NCBI RefSeq assembly: GCF_030144855.1
Contig: NC_082731.1
Coordinates: 25,544,001-25,608,000, forward strand
DNA: 64,000 nt
From: Hypanus sabinus
Lineage: Eukaryota
Direction of reading: 5' to 3'
Shown here: positions 11,400 to 24,075 of the stretch, in pieces
Numbering within the stretch: position 1 is the stretch's first letter
How the letters are laid out: each line of letters opens with the position of its first letter
Made by a program: the position numbers and the translations under genes
The notes under the pieces: model-generated
Seen by the model: the letters and a program-made list of their open reading frames with translations, nothing else
What the model was told of the DNA's origin: nothing
The model's database searches: none

Positions 11400-11600
11400 A
11401 GGTAATAGGAAAATTAGCGTTTTAAATGCCCTGGAACACACGAACTCGATTTCAACGTTTAACGGTAGTTTATACAGGAGCATGGAAGGCACGGTTATGG
11501 AGGATATGGTCCGTCTGCAGCCCAATGCAGCTAGGCAATTGAAATGTTTAGACAGGTTCTGGGTGTACAGAATGGCCCGTTTCGTGCTGTACTTATTGAT
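11400..11600 (+). mobile_element. CR1 3' fragment, short
   Basis: Resembles the other CR1 3' ends in the window (TTAAATGCCCTGG...GGAGGATATGG). Confidence 0.5.
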
Positions 11601-12634
11601 CGTACTGTGATTGAAAGACAGAACTATAATATCTGTATTGATTCAGCTGGTGGAGAGCCTCGGCCCAAAACGTTGACTATCTCTCACGGGATGAATTCCA
11701 TCAGCAATCTTTTTTTTTTTATTTGTTTTTTCTGCAGGTAAAAAGATGATGAATGAAGGGTAGAGCACGAGTTGTAGACGATTGCTTTACCTGAGATTCG
11801 ATGTCGAACTGTTGAGATGAACTGCAGTTATTCACTAATTCCAGAACATGGTCTCTCTTTGAGCTCTGCTGTTGCTTGCAGGTAGGAGGTGGGAGCGCTC
11901 ATGCTTTCCAAAAGAATGAATAGTGGAAAGTGGAGCAGGAGACTTGAAGCTGCTAATTGTGCGCGTCAGGGGGCGTTGTGGTTCTTACATTATTTCTGGA
12001 AATCATTCTTTGGGATTTTCCTTCTGTTTCGAGAATACATGCCGAGAGTAGGTATTTCATGCTGTATATTGCATACATGTTCCGATATGAAACAGAGCCA
12101 GTGAACCATTAGCTAGCAGGCACCCGATCTGCAAGATTTGATGTTCCAGATGCCGTCCCCGGCTGATTTTTAGTCCAAAGTGTCATTCACTCCAGAGAAT
12201 GGAAAGAACGGTGCAGTATAAGTTTTTCTATTACAGCAATAGATTCAATTTTCTATTGAATCCCCCGATTCATGATACCATAAAACAGAGGGGAAAAAAA
12301 CGACGTTTGCATGATGCATGGATGTGCGGCCACAAGATGATCTGGATCAATCCAGCCAACGATTTTCTTTATTTTTTCAGGCTTGCTTTTAAAATTATGT
12401 ATATCAATAAAGCAGCTGAGTATGGGCCGAGTGTCACACGTCCAAGGAAGACTGTATTGTATCATAAGAAGGCATTGTGCAGTGCGAACCAAGTCACAAT
12501 GCGTCATTAAAACACGTTCTGTACATTGAACTTAAAAATAAAGTTACTGCGATTATGAAGTAAAGAAGAAATAGAAATACAGAAAGAAGATATTCATATT
12601 AGGCAGCTCCATGAAAAAAAAAACAAATTTAACA

Positions 12635-13200
12635 TTACTGCTGTTTGCCAGATTGCTTTATTTTGTCACAATGATGACCAGAAGAAAAAGACTGAGGATA
12701 TATTTCAATGCACATATAAACGAGATAAATTAATAGATGATCAACAAATACAAAACGGTGAAGATACTCAGCAGGCCAAGCAGCATGGACGGTAAAGTGT
12801 ACAGTCGATGTTTCGTGCCGAGTACATTCATCAGGATAGAAAAGAAATGAGGAGTCACAGTGAGAAAGCAGGAAGAGAGGGATAATAAAAACAAGATGAT
12901 AGGTCATTCCAGGAAATGGGTTGTGAAGTAGAGATCTGGGAAGTTTATTGGTGAAAGAGATACTTGGCTGGAGAAGGGGAAATCTAATAGAAGGGAACAG
13001 AAGACAAAGGCATTGGAGAAGTCCGAAAGGGAGGTCATTGGCTGACAATGTGAGAGAGGGACATTGGAGCGGGGAATAATGACAATCGGAGGGGGTGGTG
13101 GCGTTATCAGAAGTTGGAGAAATCGATGTTCCTGCCATCAGGTTGGAAGCACACAGGCAGAATATAAGGTGTTTCTTCTCCAACTTGAGTGTGGTCTCAT
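12635..13200 (-). mobile_element. Penelope-like element 3' end/pseudo-LTR
   Basis: The reverse strand carries CCTGATGAATGTACTCGGCACGAAACATCGACT, related to the CCTGATGAAGGGTCTCGGCCCGAAACATCGACT tail at 54796. The adjacent CCT-rich segment is also similar. Confidence 0.65.
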
Positions 13201-14371
13201 GGCGAGAGCAGATTCATTCCATGAGCCTTTAGCTATCAAGTGGCACTACATACCAGAACAAAATAGGTCATCGTCAATTACAAGCATTGTTAATACTTGT
13301 CTATATTAGCACAATATGCTGGAATACTTGAAAAATCTGAGGAACTGGGTCAATAATATCATGTGCAGAATTAAATAACGTGCAGCGTAATGGCTCCAAA
13401 ATAAAGATACGTATTAATAGAAACTCATACCAGAGTAATGAAATAAGAACGTCGAAATAGCAGAAGTGATTAGAAAGACATAACTGAAATCTTAAGAGCA
13501 GTAACTGAGCAGTAAGAATCCACTTAATGAAGTGGATAACCCAAGCAAGAAATTTTAAGAGAAAATCAAAGCAAATAGAAAGGAAATAAGAGGTCCATCG
13601 ACGATATGATCATTCTTACAAAAGCACAGTGAAGCTCATCGATACATTAAAAAAAAGCTTGGTGCATGCACTGTCAGACTAAGTTGATACATGAACTACA
13701 TCAGACGAAGGAAAAAGAATTATCGGATCAGTAGCAATAAAAAATGTCTTCATAGGACATTGAATTTAAAGCTCTAACATGTCAAATACCACAGCATAGA
13801 ATTACCAACATACAGCGAGATATTAACTTTCCATTTAATAATTGGTCAAACAGAGTTATGCACAAACAAGAAGAAATCTGCATTGGAGAGAGAAAATAAC
13901 GCACACCTATGATTGAAGAAATGCAAATACCTGAAGTTCTAATGGAAACGTTGAAATTGATTATTAAGAAGTACCCACAACTGCAGAAGTACTGCAAGTA
14001 CTATAATTTTGATAATTATTAGATTAAAAAAGTACTTGCCTTCATACGTACGTATTGAAGCATATCATCATTTTTTTTAATCCTGAAGACGTTCGTGATT
14101 TTGACAGAATGTAAAACGTATATATTACCAAAAAGAAAAAAAAAATCATAAAAGATCCATCAAAATATCGTCCTATTATCTGCTCACAAAAAGTATATAA
14201 AACAGTTAAATTATTTACATCACCGCGAATCACCAAACAATCAGTAAATCACAATATACTCATAGAAGAGCGGAAAGGATGCTCTAAGGCTACGGAAACA
14301 TTCAAAGATAGACTGGCGATAGGTTCTATGAAATTAAATCAAGGCCGGTGGAAAATCAAGCACTTCCTTGC

Positions 14372-14405
<34 letters not shown>

Positions 14406-14469
14406 TTGGGTCTGGTCTATATATATATCTACAAATAAATATAGACTAGACCCAATTGATATGAAATTA

Positions 14470-14960
14470 AGAACATAGAACATAAAAGTTCACAGCACAT
14501 TACAGGTATTTTTGTCTATAATGCTTCACCGACACTGGAACCTAGACTAGAAACGGCCTAGAAATTCTGTTGCGCATAGCCATCTATTTTGCTCAGGTCA
14601 GCTCTCATCCTCTTTTGTTCCATGGAAAAAGTCCAAATATGCTCAACCTATTCTCATAAGGTACACCCTGCAAAGCAGAGAGCATACCGTTAAATCTCCC
14701 CTGAATTCACACGATGCTATCCACATCCACTCTCTAGTGAGGTATTCAGAACTGAACAACATACAGCAAGTGGGATCTGACCAATATTGTATATAGCATT
14801 AACATTGCCTCATGGCTCTTGAACTCATATCCACGGATGATGAATGCCAACACACCAGACGCCTTCTTAACTACATTATCAACCTGCGAGTTGAGTGCCC
14901 GATCGACACGGCCCAAGATTTCTGAGATCCTGCACACTGCCAAGAGTCTTAACAATTACC
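14470..14960 (-). mobile_element. CR1 LINE 3' fragment
   Basis: QVDNVVKKASGVLAFIIRGYEFKSHEAMLMLYTILVRSHLLYVVQF is the CR1 ORF2 C-terminus. The AGAACATAGAACATA tail lies at the left end. Confidence 0.85.
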
Positions 14961-15779
14961 GTAACAACTGACGATATATCGGCACTCTGCAATTACATCT
15001 GAAAAATGAACTGTTAACTTTATCACAATAAAGCTTAATCCCAATTTTAAACCCAATTTAATCCCAATTTCTAATTATTCGATTTGGAGGAAAATTGAGC
15101 ATCAGATCTGAAACAAATCAGGTATGAGCTGCACCTTAAATCGCCTTTTATACAGTCATTTTAAAGCATGAACTTTGGACGTTACACATGCTGAACATTA
15201 ACCGTAAAAGAAGGTGCAATAGAGCGAATAGAATACAAAACAGAGCCAGGATATAATAAAATCGATGATGGCCATGAACCTTATAAGTATCTGTAATATC
15301 GACCAGCAACAACAGTGGCTCATAGCGAATGAAAAAACAATCACTTTTAACAGAATTTACTTCGAGGTTTCAGAAAGTCTGCTAAACAGAGCATAACAGT
15401 GAAAATATAAACAATGTTATAAACACTTTACCTGTACCTATATTAATGTATTATTTTGACATATTACCTTCGTTGTAAACTGATCTGAAGTATGTGCAAA
15501 AAGAAAAGAACGGAAATGGCAGATTTTAAAAACATCATTATGTGCTTGCAGATGCGCTCAGATTAGCACTACATGGAACAGAAGGAGGAAGAAGAATAAA
15601 AAATATTGAAAATATAAAAAAAAACTTAGATTCTAAGAATATTATTTCAGAAGGACAACAGGAATTATTATTTCACCCAAGCGTATCTAATTCTAATACG
15701 TATTATACACCACTGAACTTAAATGACAGCACAATCCAGAAGACGTAAAGAAGAGAAATACAAAAATCGGAATAGAAAA

Positions 15780-18700
15780 CCGATAGTACAATACAGGCTC
15801 TTTGGCCCACAATGCTGTGCTGAATATGTCCTTAGAAATTACCTATGGTTTCTGATGACCATCTATTTTTCGAAGCTTCATGTATCTATCGAAGAGTCCC
15901 TTATCAGACCCGATTATAACTGCATCCCGGTCACCCAAGCAACAAACTCACCACCCTCTGAGAAAATAACTTACCCAACATCTCCGCTGTACCCACTTCC
16001 AAGTATCATAAAGCTGTGCCCTCTGCAGATGTCATTTCATTCCCTGGACAATTGTCAATCTATCAACCCCCCACATCATCTTATAAACCTCTATCAGGTC
16101 ATCTTTCAGCCTCCGTCATTCCAAGGAGAGAAGTCCAAATTCACTCAACCTGTTCTCATAAGGCAAGTTCCACAATCCAGGCAACATCCTTTAATTATCT
16201 TGTGCACACTTGCTGATATTTACTTATCCTCCTTTAAAGAGTTCTCAAAAAAAAACTGAGCACACTACTCCAAGTGAGGTCTGACCAGTGCCCTATATAG
16301 CTATAATATTATCGCTCCGCTCTTGAACTCAGTCACTCGGTTGATGAAGGCCAATACACCGTATGCCTTTTAAACCAGACAATCAACGTGCTTTGAGTCT
16401 CCTAAAGACTCGGACTCGAGGATATCTCTGGTGCCTCCACACTGCCAACTGTCTTACAATTCAAACTACATCCAACCATCATACTTGACCAACCAAAATG
16501 AACCACCTCACACTTATTTGCGGTGAAATCCATCTGTCACTTCTCAACCATGTTTTGCATCCAATCGATGCCCCGCTGTAACCACTAACAGCGCGCAACA
16601 ATATCCAGAACACCCACAACCTTGTGTCATCTTCAGATTTACTAACACATCCCTCCAATTCCTCGTTAAGGTCATTCATAAAAAAAATCACGAACAGAAG
16701 GGGTTCCAGAACAGATCCCTGAGGCACACCACTATTGACGAACTCCATGATGTATATGCTCCGACTACAGCCATCTGAGGACAAGCCAATTTTCAATCTC
16801 AAAGCAAGGCCTCTGATATCCCTGCTTCCTTACTTTCTCAGTAAGCCTTGCATACTGTACCTTATCAATTGACTTGTAGAAATTAATATACACTTCATCT
16901 GCTGCTCTACCGTCATCAAATTGCTTAGTCACATCCTTCACAAAAATAATTAAGCTCCTGAGGCCCGACTTGCCTTTGATAAAGCAATGCTGACTATTCT
17001 TAATAATATGTTTAGGAATAAGCCTCTCCAAATGTTCATAAATCCTGTCCCTCTGGATCTTATCCATCAACGTACCAACGAAATAAGACTCGCTGGTCTA
17101 TTATTTCCTGCGTTATCTCTACTCACGTTTTTGAATAAGGGATATTATAGAGGTGTACAAGCCATTAAGAGGAATAGATAGAGTGGATAGCCAGCGCCTC
17201 TTTCCCAGGGCACCACTGCACAGTACAAAAGGATACGGCTGTAAGGTAAAGGGAGGGACGTTCAAGGGGGATATTAGAGGAAGGTTTTTCACTCAGAGAG
17301 TGGTTGTTGCATGGTATGCACTGCCTAAGTCGGTGGTGGAGGCAGATACACATGTGAAATTTAACAGAGTACTAGACACAGATATGGAGGAATTTAAGTT
17401 GGGGATTTAAGTGGGAAGGCAGGGATTAAGGTTCGGCACAAAATTGTGGGCCGAAGGGCCTCTACAGTTTTGCACTATTTTGTGTTCTATGTATCTAACT
17501 AGATGTTTCCCAAATGTTGCAGCACATCCTCGTTCTTAATATCTACATGATCAAGCTTTCCGCCATGATTTGTTTTTCTTCATAGTGAATACGGATGGGC
17601 GTACACATTAAATACCTCTACTATCTCTCCCGGTTTCATGTACACTATTCCACTGTCACACTTGATTGTTCCTATTCTCTCGCGTCTTATCTTTTTGGTC
17701 TTTATATAGTGGTAGATTATCTTGAGGTTTTATTTAATACTGTCCGCCAAGTCCTTCTCAGGGCTCATTCTGGCTTTCCTGAATTCCTATGCTCCTCCTT
17801 GCTAGCCGTATAACCCTCTAGATCATCATTATCTAGCGTTTCTGACACTTTTGTAAGCTATTCTTTTCTTCTTGACGAGATTTACAGTAGCCTTTTTACA
17901 CCAAAGTTCCTGTACCCTACCATCCTTTCCATGTCTCATTTGAACGTACCTATGCAGAACAACACGGAATTAATCCCTAAACATTTGCCACATTTCTTCC
18001 ACATATTTCCCTGAGAACATCTGCTCCAGATTTAAGCTTCCAAACTCCTGCCTGCTATCCTCATATCTCCTTACTCCAATTAAACGTTTATCATAACTTG
18101 TCTGTTCCTATCACTCTCCAATATTGTATTAAAGGAAATAGAACTATAAACATAATCTCTGAACTGCACTGGCACTAAGATATCTGACACATGTCCAAGT
18201 TCATTTCAGATATGACTACCAGATCAGGATCCACTTCTCTTCTTAGACCTTTCCAGAATTGGTCTCCATATCTGCTCCTTCATATTCCTGTTAGTATTGA
18301 GCGGTCTATAAAAAAGGGGGAGAAAAAAACAACTCCCGGAATAGTATTGCCCCTTTCCTGTTCCTAACTTCCACCCACAGAGACTCCGTAGACAATCCTT
18401 CCAAGTCTTCCTCCTTTTCTTCAGACGTGATTCAATTTCTGATCAACAGTGCCACATCCCCACTACTTTGGCATTCTTTACTGTCCTTTCTGAAATATCT
18501 AAATCTGGCACTCCAAATAACCATTCGTATCCTTGAGCCATCCAAGTCTCTGTATTGGCTACATCATCATAGTTCCAAATATTGATCCGCTCACTCTCAT
18601 CCGCTTTGCTTCTAATAATCCAAGCATTAAAGTAGCTCAGACTCAAACCATCAGTCTGAGCGCGTCTCATTTCCATCACCTTACTCTCATACCGCTTCCA

Positions 18701-19350
18701 AGCTTTCTCTATTTGTAAGCTAACCGCCCCTTCCTCTGTCTCTTCAGCTTGGTTCCCACCTTACAGAAAGCCTCATTCGGTCTCTTGCCAACAGCTTTCC
18801 AAACTTACGCAACAGGATGTTGGTCCCTCTGGGATTCAAAGTACGCCTCGTTATTGTTGGACAGGTCAATCCTCTCGCAATAGATGTCCAAATTTTCCAG
18901 AATTCTGAATCCAAGCCCCAATGCGTCAATCCCTCAGTTACGCATTTATCCTCCAAATCATTCTATTTCTATACGCAGTAACACTGGCAGTAACACTCAA
19001 ATGACTACCGTCTTGGTGCTGCAAGTCATCTTCCGTCCTAACTCTCCGTAGTCTGTTTTCAAGATCTCCTCCTTTTTTCATGCCTATGTCGTTGGTAACA
19101 ATATGTAACATGACCTCGGGTTCTTCTGCTTCCCAATGGAGTATATCGTCGACAGGTTCAGAAGCAACTCGAACCCTGGCACCTGCGAGGCAAACTACCA
19201 TCCGTGTGTCCATCCTGAGTCCACAGAATAGCCTGCCTGACCCCTACAACACCCCCAACTATAATGCCCGCTATCATTGCTCCCATTCTCTTCCTATCCC
19301 TACCCTTCTGAGCCACAGTGCCAGTGTCAGTCCCTGTGGATGAACAACAG
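15780..19350 (-). mobile_element. Long CR1 remnant (3' end, RT, endonuclease, ORF1 esterase), interrupted by a + strand CR1 3' fragment
   Basis: SGVPQGSVLEPLLF (16479-16802), SQHCFIKGKS (16765-17070), AGARVRVASE...PEVMLHIVTNDIG (18938-19213). Confidence 0.85.
17140..17490 (+). mobile_element. CR1 3' fragment nested in the opposite orientation
   Basis: YKPLRGIDRVDSQRLFPR...DIRGRFFTQRVV. Confidence 0.85.
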
Positions 19351-19519
19351 AAGTTTGCAGAATATAAAAGATGCAAGTTAAAGACTGTCAGATATGAAGA
19401 GAGTACGCATTGTCCCATTATTAATATCTCCAAATAATATAGTTTCATGGCAAGAAAAATAGTATTAATCAATGAATCCTACACGGCCATATGTATGGAA
19501 ATCGGTAGAAAGTCATGAT

Positions 19520-20330
19520 GCTAACCACCACCAGAATAATCTGGTGCCCCATAAGGATGTGTAGTCAGCTCCCTGCTGTCATCACTGTACACCCATGATT
19601 GTGTAGCCAAGTTTCCATCCAACTCAATATATAAGTTTACTGATGACACCACAATTGTAGGCCGAATCTTGGGTAATGATGATTCTGAGTACAGAGAGGA
19701 AATTAAGAACATGGTGGCATGGTGCGAAAACAATAATATATCCCTCAAAGTCAGCAAGCTGAAGGAATTGGTTGTTGACTTCAGAAGGTGTACCGGACCG
19801 CATAACCCCAACTACATCAGTGGTGCGCAGTTGGAACAGGTCATAAGCTTTATGTTCCTCGGGGTGAGTACCACAAATGACCTGACTTGGTCTAAGCAAG
19901 CAGGGTCCTCTGCCAAGAAGGCCCAGCAGCGCCTTTACTTCCTGAGAAAGGTGAAGAAATTTGGCCTATCCCCTAAATCCCTCACTAATTTTAATAGGTG
20001 TCCAGTAGAAGACAATCTTCTAGTGTGCATCACAACCTGGTCTGGAAGCTGACATGTGCAAGACCGGAAGAAGCTGCCGAAGATCGTGAGCATAGCCCAG
20101 CACATCACACAAACCAATCTTCCATCCTTGGACTCACTTTACACCGTGCGCTTTCGGAGCAGTGCTGTCAGGATAACCAAAGACACGATCCACTCTGCCT
20201 ACACACTCTTTGTCCCTCTTCGCTCGGGAAAAGATTCACGAGCATGAAACTCGTACGGCCAGATTTCGGAACAGCTTCTTTCCGACTCTGATAAGACTAC
20301 TTAACAGATCCTGACCCGGATCTGGGCCGT
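19520..20330 (+). mobile_element. Rex1/Babar-like LINE RT C-terminus
   Basis: KFTDDTTIVG...YREEIKNMVAWCENNNISLKVSKLKELVVDFRR...AQQRLYFLRKVKKFG. Confidence 0.85.
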
Positions 20331-20689
20331 ACCTTCCAAATATCCGGACCTGACTTGAACTACCTTACATTCCCTTTACAATTTTCTAATTATGATCTTC
20401 TAATTGTGTTTTTTTATTATTATGTTTAATTAGATTTATACTTCAGGGAGCGAGAAGCGCATAATCAAATATCGCTGTGATTAGTGTACGCTCTGGTATC
20501 AATTGTTTGTTGACAATAAAGTAAAGTCAGTAATCGCCATGTTCCCAGCATGTCATCCTTTGACAATGACAAGCATTTACAGCCTTGGAATGATGTCAAA
20601 TGGTCATAAATAAGTAAATACAGGCGCACCTAGACCCGTAAATAGGTAGATAGGTAGATATATAGATTGATAGACAGGTTAATTAACAC

Positions 20690-21190
20690 CTACTGCACGA
20701 GTTGAATAGCACTTTAAAATGTGTAAATAGATTTTGTGCACAGCTCTGTGATGAAGCCAGTGACGTTGCGTGATGTATTCTCGTATGATTCATGACCTGC
20801 TGGTTCTGGCTGTGATAGCTGTTCCTGAAGATAGTACTGTGTGTCCATAGGAGCCTCTGCGTTTTACCTGATATCAACAGCGAGAGAGAAGCGCTGGCCG
20901 AAGTGATGATGGATGCCGATTTCTTCCAACAGCCCTACGAGTAAATGTGCAGAATGGTTTGGAAGAATATACCCAAGATAGACTGGGTCGTATCCATTCC
21001 TTTGATTTAGGATTTTCCGTCCAAAGGTGTTATGGTTTCCATAGCAGTTAGTGAAATAACCAGTCAGTATACTTTCCTCCACATATCCATTGAGGTTTGT
21101 CAAAGTCTTAGATGACATCACAAATCTTCGCAAACATCGAAGGAAGGTGCTGTCCTGCTTTCATCGTAAAAACACGAGGACAGATCCCTC
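20690..21190 (-). mobile_element. Rex1-like LINE 3' fragment
   Basis: MSSKTLTNLNGYVEESILTGYFTNCYGN. Confidence 0.75.
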
Positions 21191-22855
21191 GAAATAATAA
21201 GAATGAGAAATTGTCAGTAGCTGAACCCTCCCCCCAGCTCAGTTGGGACGGGCAAATAGCCTTCTGTTTATCACCTGCTAAAGGTAATTACCAGATCATT
21301 GATCCTGCTGGTATTCAGTGACAGGTTGCTGTTGATGCACTATTCAGCCAGGTTTTCAATTTCCCTCTTATATGCTAACTCGTTTCCAAAAAACAAAGAA
21401 AATGGTATCACCAATTTTAAATATTGCCCTGTTTCCTTACCTAGCCGCACTGCCGGATGTTGAAAGCAAGTAGGCCAGTGGGATTAGAACACAGACTTGT
21501 GGTATACCTCTGCGGATGGAGACACACGAAGGGATGCTTTTAGCAATCCTAACTGACTGGTGTATGCAAGTGAAGGAACCGAGTTCCCAATTGCTCAAGG
21601 AAATACTGAGTGCAGGATCATTCCTTTATTGAGTAGTGCTCACAATTTAATAGCATTGAATATCGAGATGCAGTCGATAAAAAGCATGCAGCTTTGCTAC
21701 CTCATTGTTCCTGGATTGAAACAAGAGCCAGTGAACTGGAATATTTTCTAGTTAAGTTATGTCAGTAGTCAAATAGGAGCGGACAGAAGGCAGGACTTAA
21801 TATGGGTCATCACCAACCCATCAAAGCACTTCACCATTCTGGATGTAAATCTTACGGAACAATAATCATTGAAGTAGATTATTCTGTTCTTCGGAATCAG
21901 TATAATTCAAGGCTGTTTGTAGTAGTTTGGTACTTCTGACTGCCAAAGCCAAAGGTTCACAATATCGGTGAACATTCAAGCCAATTAATCAGCACACATG
22001 AAATATAGAACATAGAACATAGAATAGTACAGCTCATTACCGGCCTTTCGGCCCACAATGCTGTGCCGACCCTCTCTCCCTACTTCCCATATAACCCTCC
22101 AACTTAAATTCCTCCATATACCTGTCTAGTAGTCTCTTAAACTTCACTAGTGTATCTGCCTCAACCATTGACTCAGGCAGTGCATTCCATTCACCAACCA
22201 CTCTCTGAGTGAAAAAACGTTCCTCTATTATCCCCCTTGAACTCCCCTCCCCTTACCTTAAAACCATGTCCTCTTGTACTGAGCAGTGGTGCCCTGGGGA
22301 AGAGGCGTTGGCTGTCCACTTTGTTTATTCCTCTTAATATCATGTACACCTATATCATGTCTCCTCTCATCCTCCTTCTCTCCAAAGACTAAGGCCGTAG
22401 ATCCCTTAATCTTTGCTCATAACCCATACTCTCCAAACCAGGCAGCATCCTGGTAAATCTTTCCAGTGCTTCGACATCCTTCCTATACTGAGGCGACCAG
22501 AACTGGACACAGTACTAAAGGTATGGCCTAACTAGATATTTATAGAGCTGCCTCATTACATCGCGTCTCTTAAATTCTATCCCTCGACTTATGAAAGCTT
22601 ACACCCCATGAGCTTTCTTAACTACCCTAACTACCTGTGAGGCAACTTTCAGGGATCTGTGGACAAGTCCCCCCAGTTCCCTCTGCTCCTCCACACTACC
22701 AAGTATCCTGCCATTTACTTTGTACACTGCCTTGGAGTTTGTCCTTACTAAGTGTACCACTTCACACTTCTGCGGGTTGAACTCCATCCGCCACTTCTCA
22801 GTCAACTTCTGCATCCTATCAATGTCTCTCCGCAATCTTTGACAATCCCGTACAC

Positions 22856-24075
22856 TAGAGGTCACCAACCATTTTAAGCTCAAGATCCCCTACCTCGGCC
22901 TTAATTCAAGGCAAGATCCACTGCAGAGCAATTAGTTACACGCATGCGCACCAGGGCAGAAAGAACCGGAAGTAAAACCACGCAGCGCGGAAGTAGAAAT
23001 AATTTAAAAACACCAGTGGTACCAACCCTTTTATACATCGCAGACCGGTTTAATATAGACAATTTTCTTGCGGACAGGCCAACGGCGTGTTGGGGTTGGG
23101 CAGGGGGGGGGGGGGGGGGTGGTTAAACATGACGGGAGTACTCGATACTCAAAACAGGTTCCTTATGTCCAGTCTATTCCGCAATTTCGTGGCTCTCGGC
23201 ACTTAGCCTCTGTCCCGCGCTGCTCACAAAATTCAACACATTTGTCTTTAAGTGCTGGGTGCTTCGACTCAACGTACTGAAGCAGTTTTGAGGGCTTCTT
23301 TACATCCAACATCCTCCCGGCCCGAACTCCAGCCTCCCGCCGGCCCACCCCCAGACGCCTTGGCCGGGTGCGGTTGGTGGTGGGTCGGGTGAAAGGACAA
23401 GATCAGGGCCGGTGGTCCCTGTACCGGGGGGGGGGGGGGGTGGAGCGGCGGTCGCAGTTCGAAGAGAGCGATCGAGCGAGCGAGCAGTGTAACAGGCAGC
23501 GTCCCGCATCACTCCCCATCCCGTAGGATCTATCTGCCGACAGAAGTTTGTTTCAGTAGATCGCAGCGAGTTAACTGCTCTAATACTTACGGAACGTTGA
23601 GCCCGAATTAGGTCGCCTGCGAATATTTTAGCACCGGGTTCCCCACAAACATTCGGTGCGCTAAACTGGTTTAGAGGCAGCGCTCCAAGTCAGTAGCAAC
23701 GGCGCTTCCCGCCGGCTGCCCGCGACCAACCAGTGATCTCCGGCGCAAGGGTATCACTGCGTTAAGGCGACTGATGACATCGAGTGCGTTCAAGTTCAAC
23801 AGTGGCCGTGGCAGGGAGAGAGGAAAGGTGCAGCTGAATCATATTGTTTCCTCCCAGCCCGGTGATTGGGGACCACTGAAGTTTACAGTGTGCGTGCGTC
23901 TGGCGGGGTAGCTAGACGCATGCGCACGGGGCAGAAAGAACGGAACTAAAACCGCGCATCCCGGAAACAATCTCTCAGCAGTATTAGTGTTTTTCTTTTT
24001 ATTTTTTTTCGGGATCTGCTGGGAAAGTCTCAAAGATCGACTAGTCAATCGCGATCCACGGGTTGGCGACCAGTA
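22856..24075. mobile_element. Non-autonomous hAT element inserted in the CR1
   Basis: TIRs TAGAGGTCACCAACC (22856) and GGTTGGCGACCAGTA (24061-24075). 8-bp TSD CCGTACAC/CTCTACAC with central TA. The CR1 sequence resumes across the insertion. Confidence 0.8.
23014..23878 (-). mobile_element. hAT-Charlie deletion derivative nested in the hAT element
   Basis: TIRs CAGTGGTACCAACC and GATTGGGGACCACTG. The minus-strand peptide KPSKLLQYVESKHPALKDK is a Charlie transposase N-terminal motif. No clear TSD. Confidence 0.75.

Noticed and set aside
11805-11885. TVEMNCSYS, resembling a V-domain B strand
   Set aside because: No WY, no second Cys, no leader or RSS, and an in-frame stop follows; treated as coincidence.
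13300-15780. A-rich stretches resembling 60100-61240
   Set aside because: Probably old LINE remnants, but I could not recover a diagnostic motif, so no feature was called.
21481-21560. GLEHRLVVYLCGWR followed by CACACGA, resembling a V 3' end with heptamer
   Set aside because: The upstream frame is not Ig-like and there is no nonamer at 12 or 23 nt.
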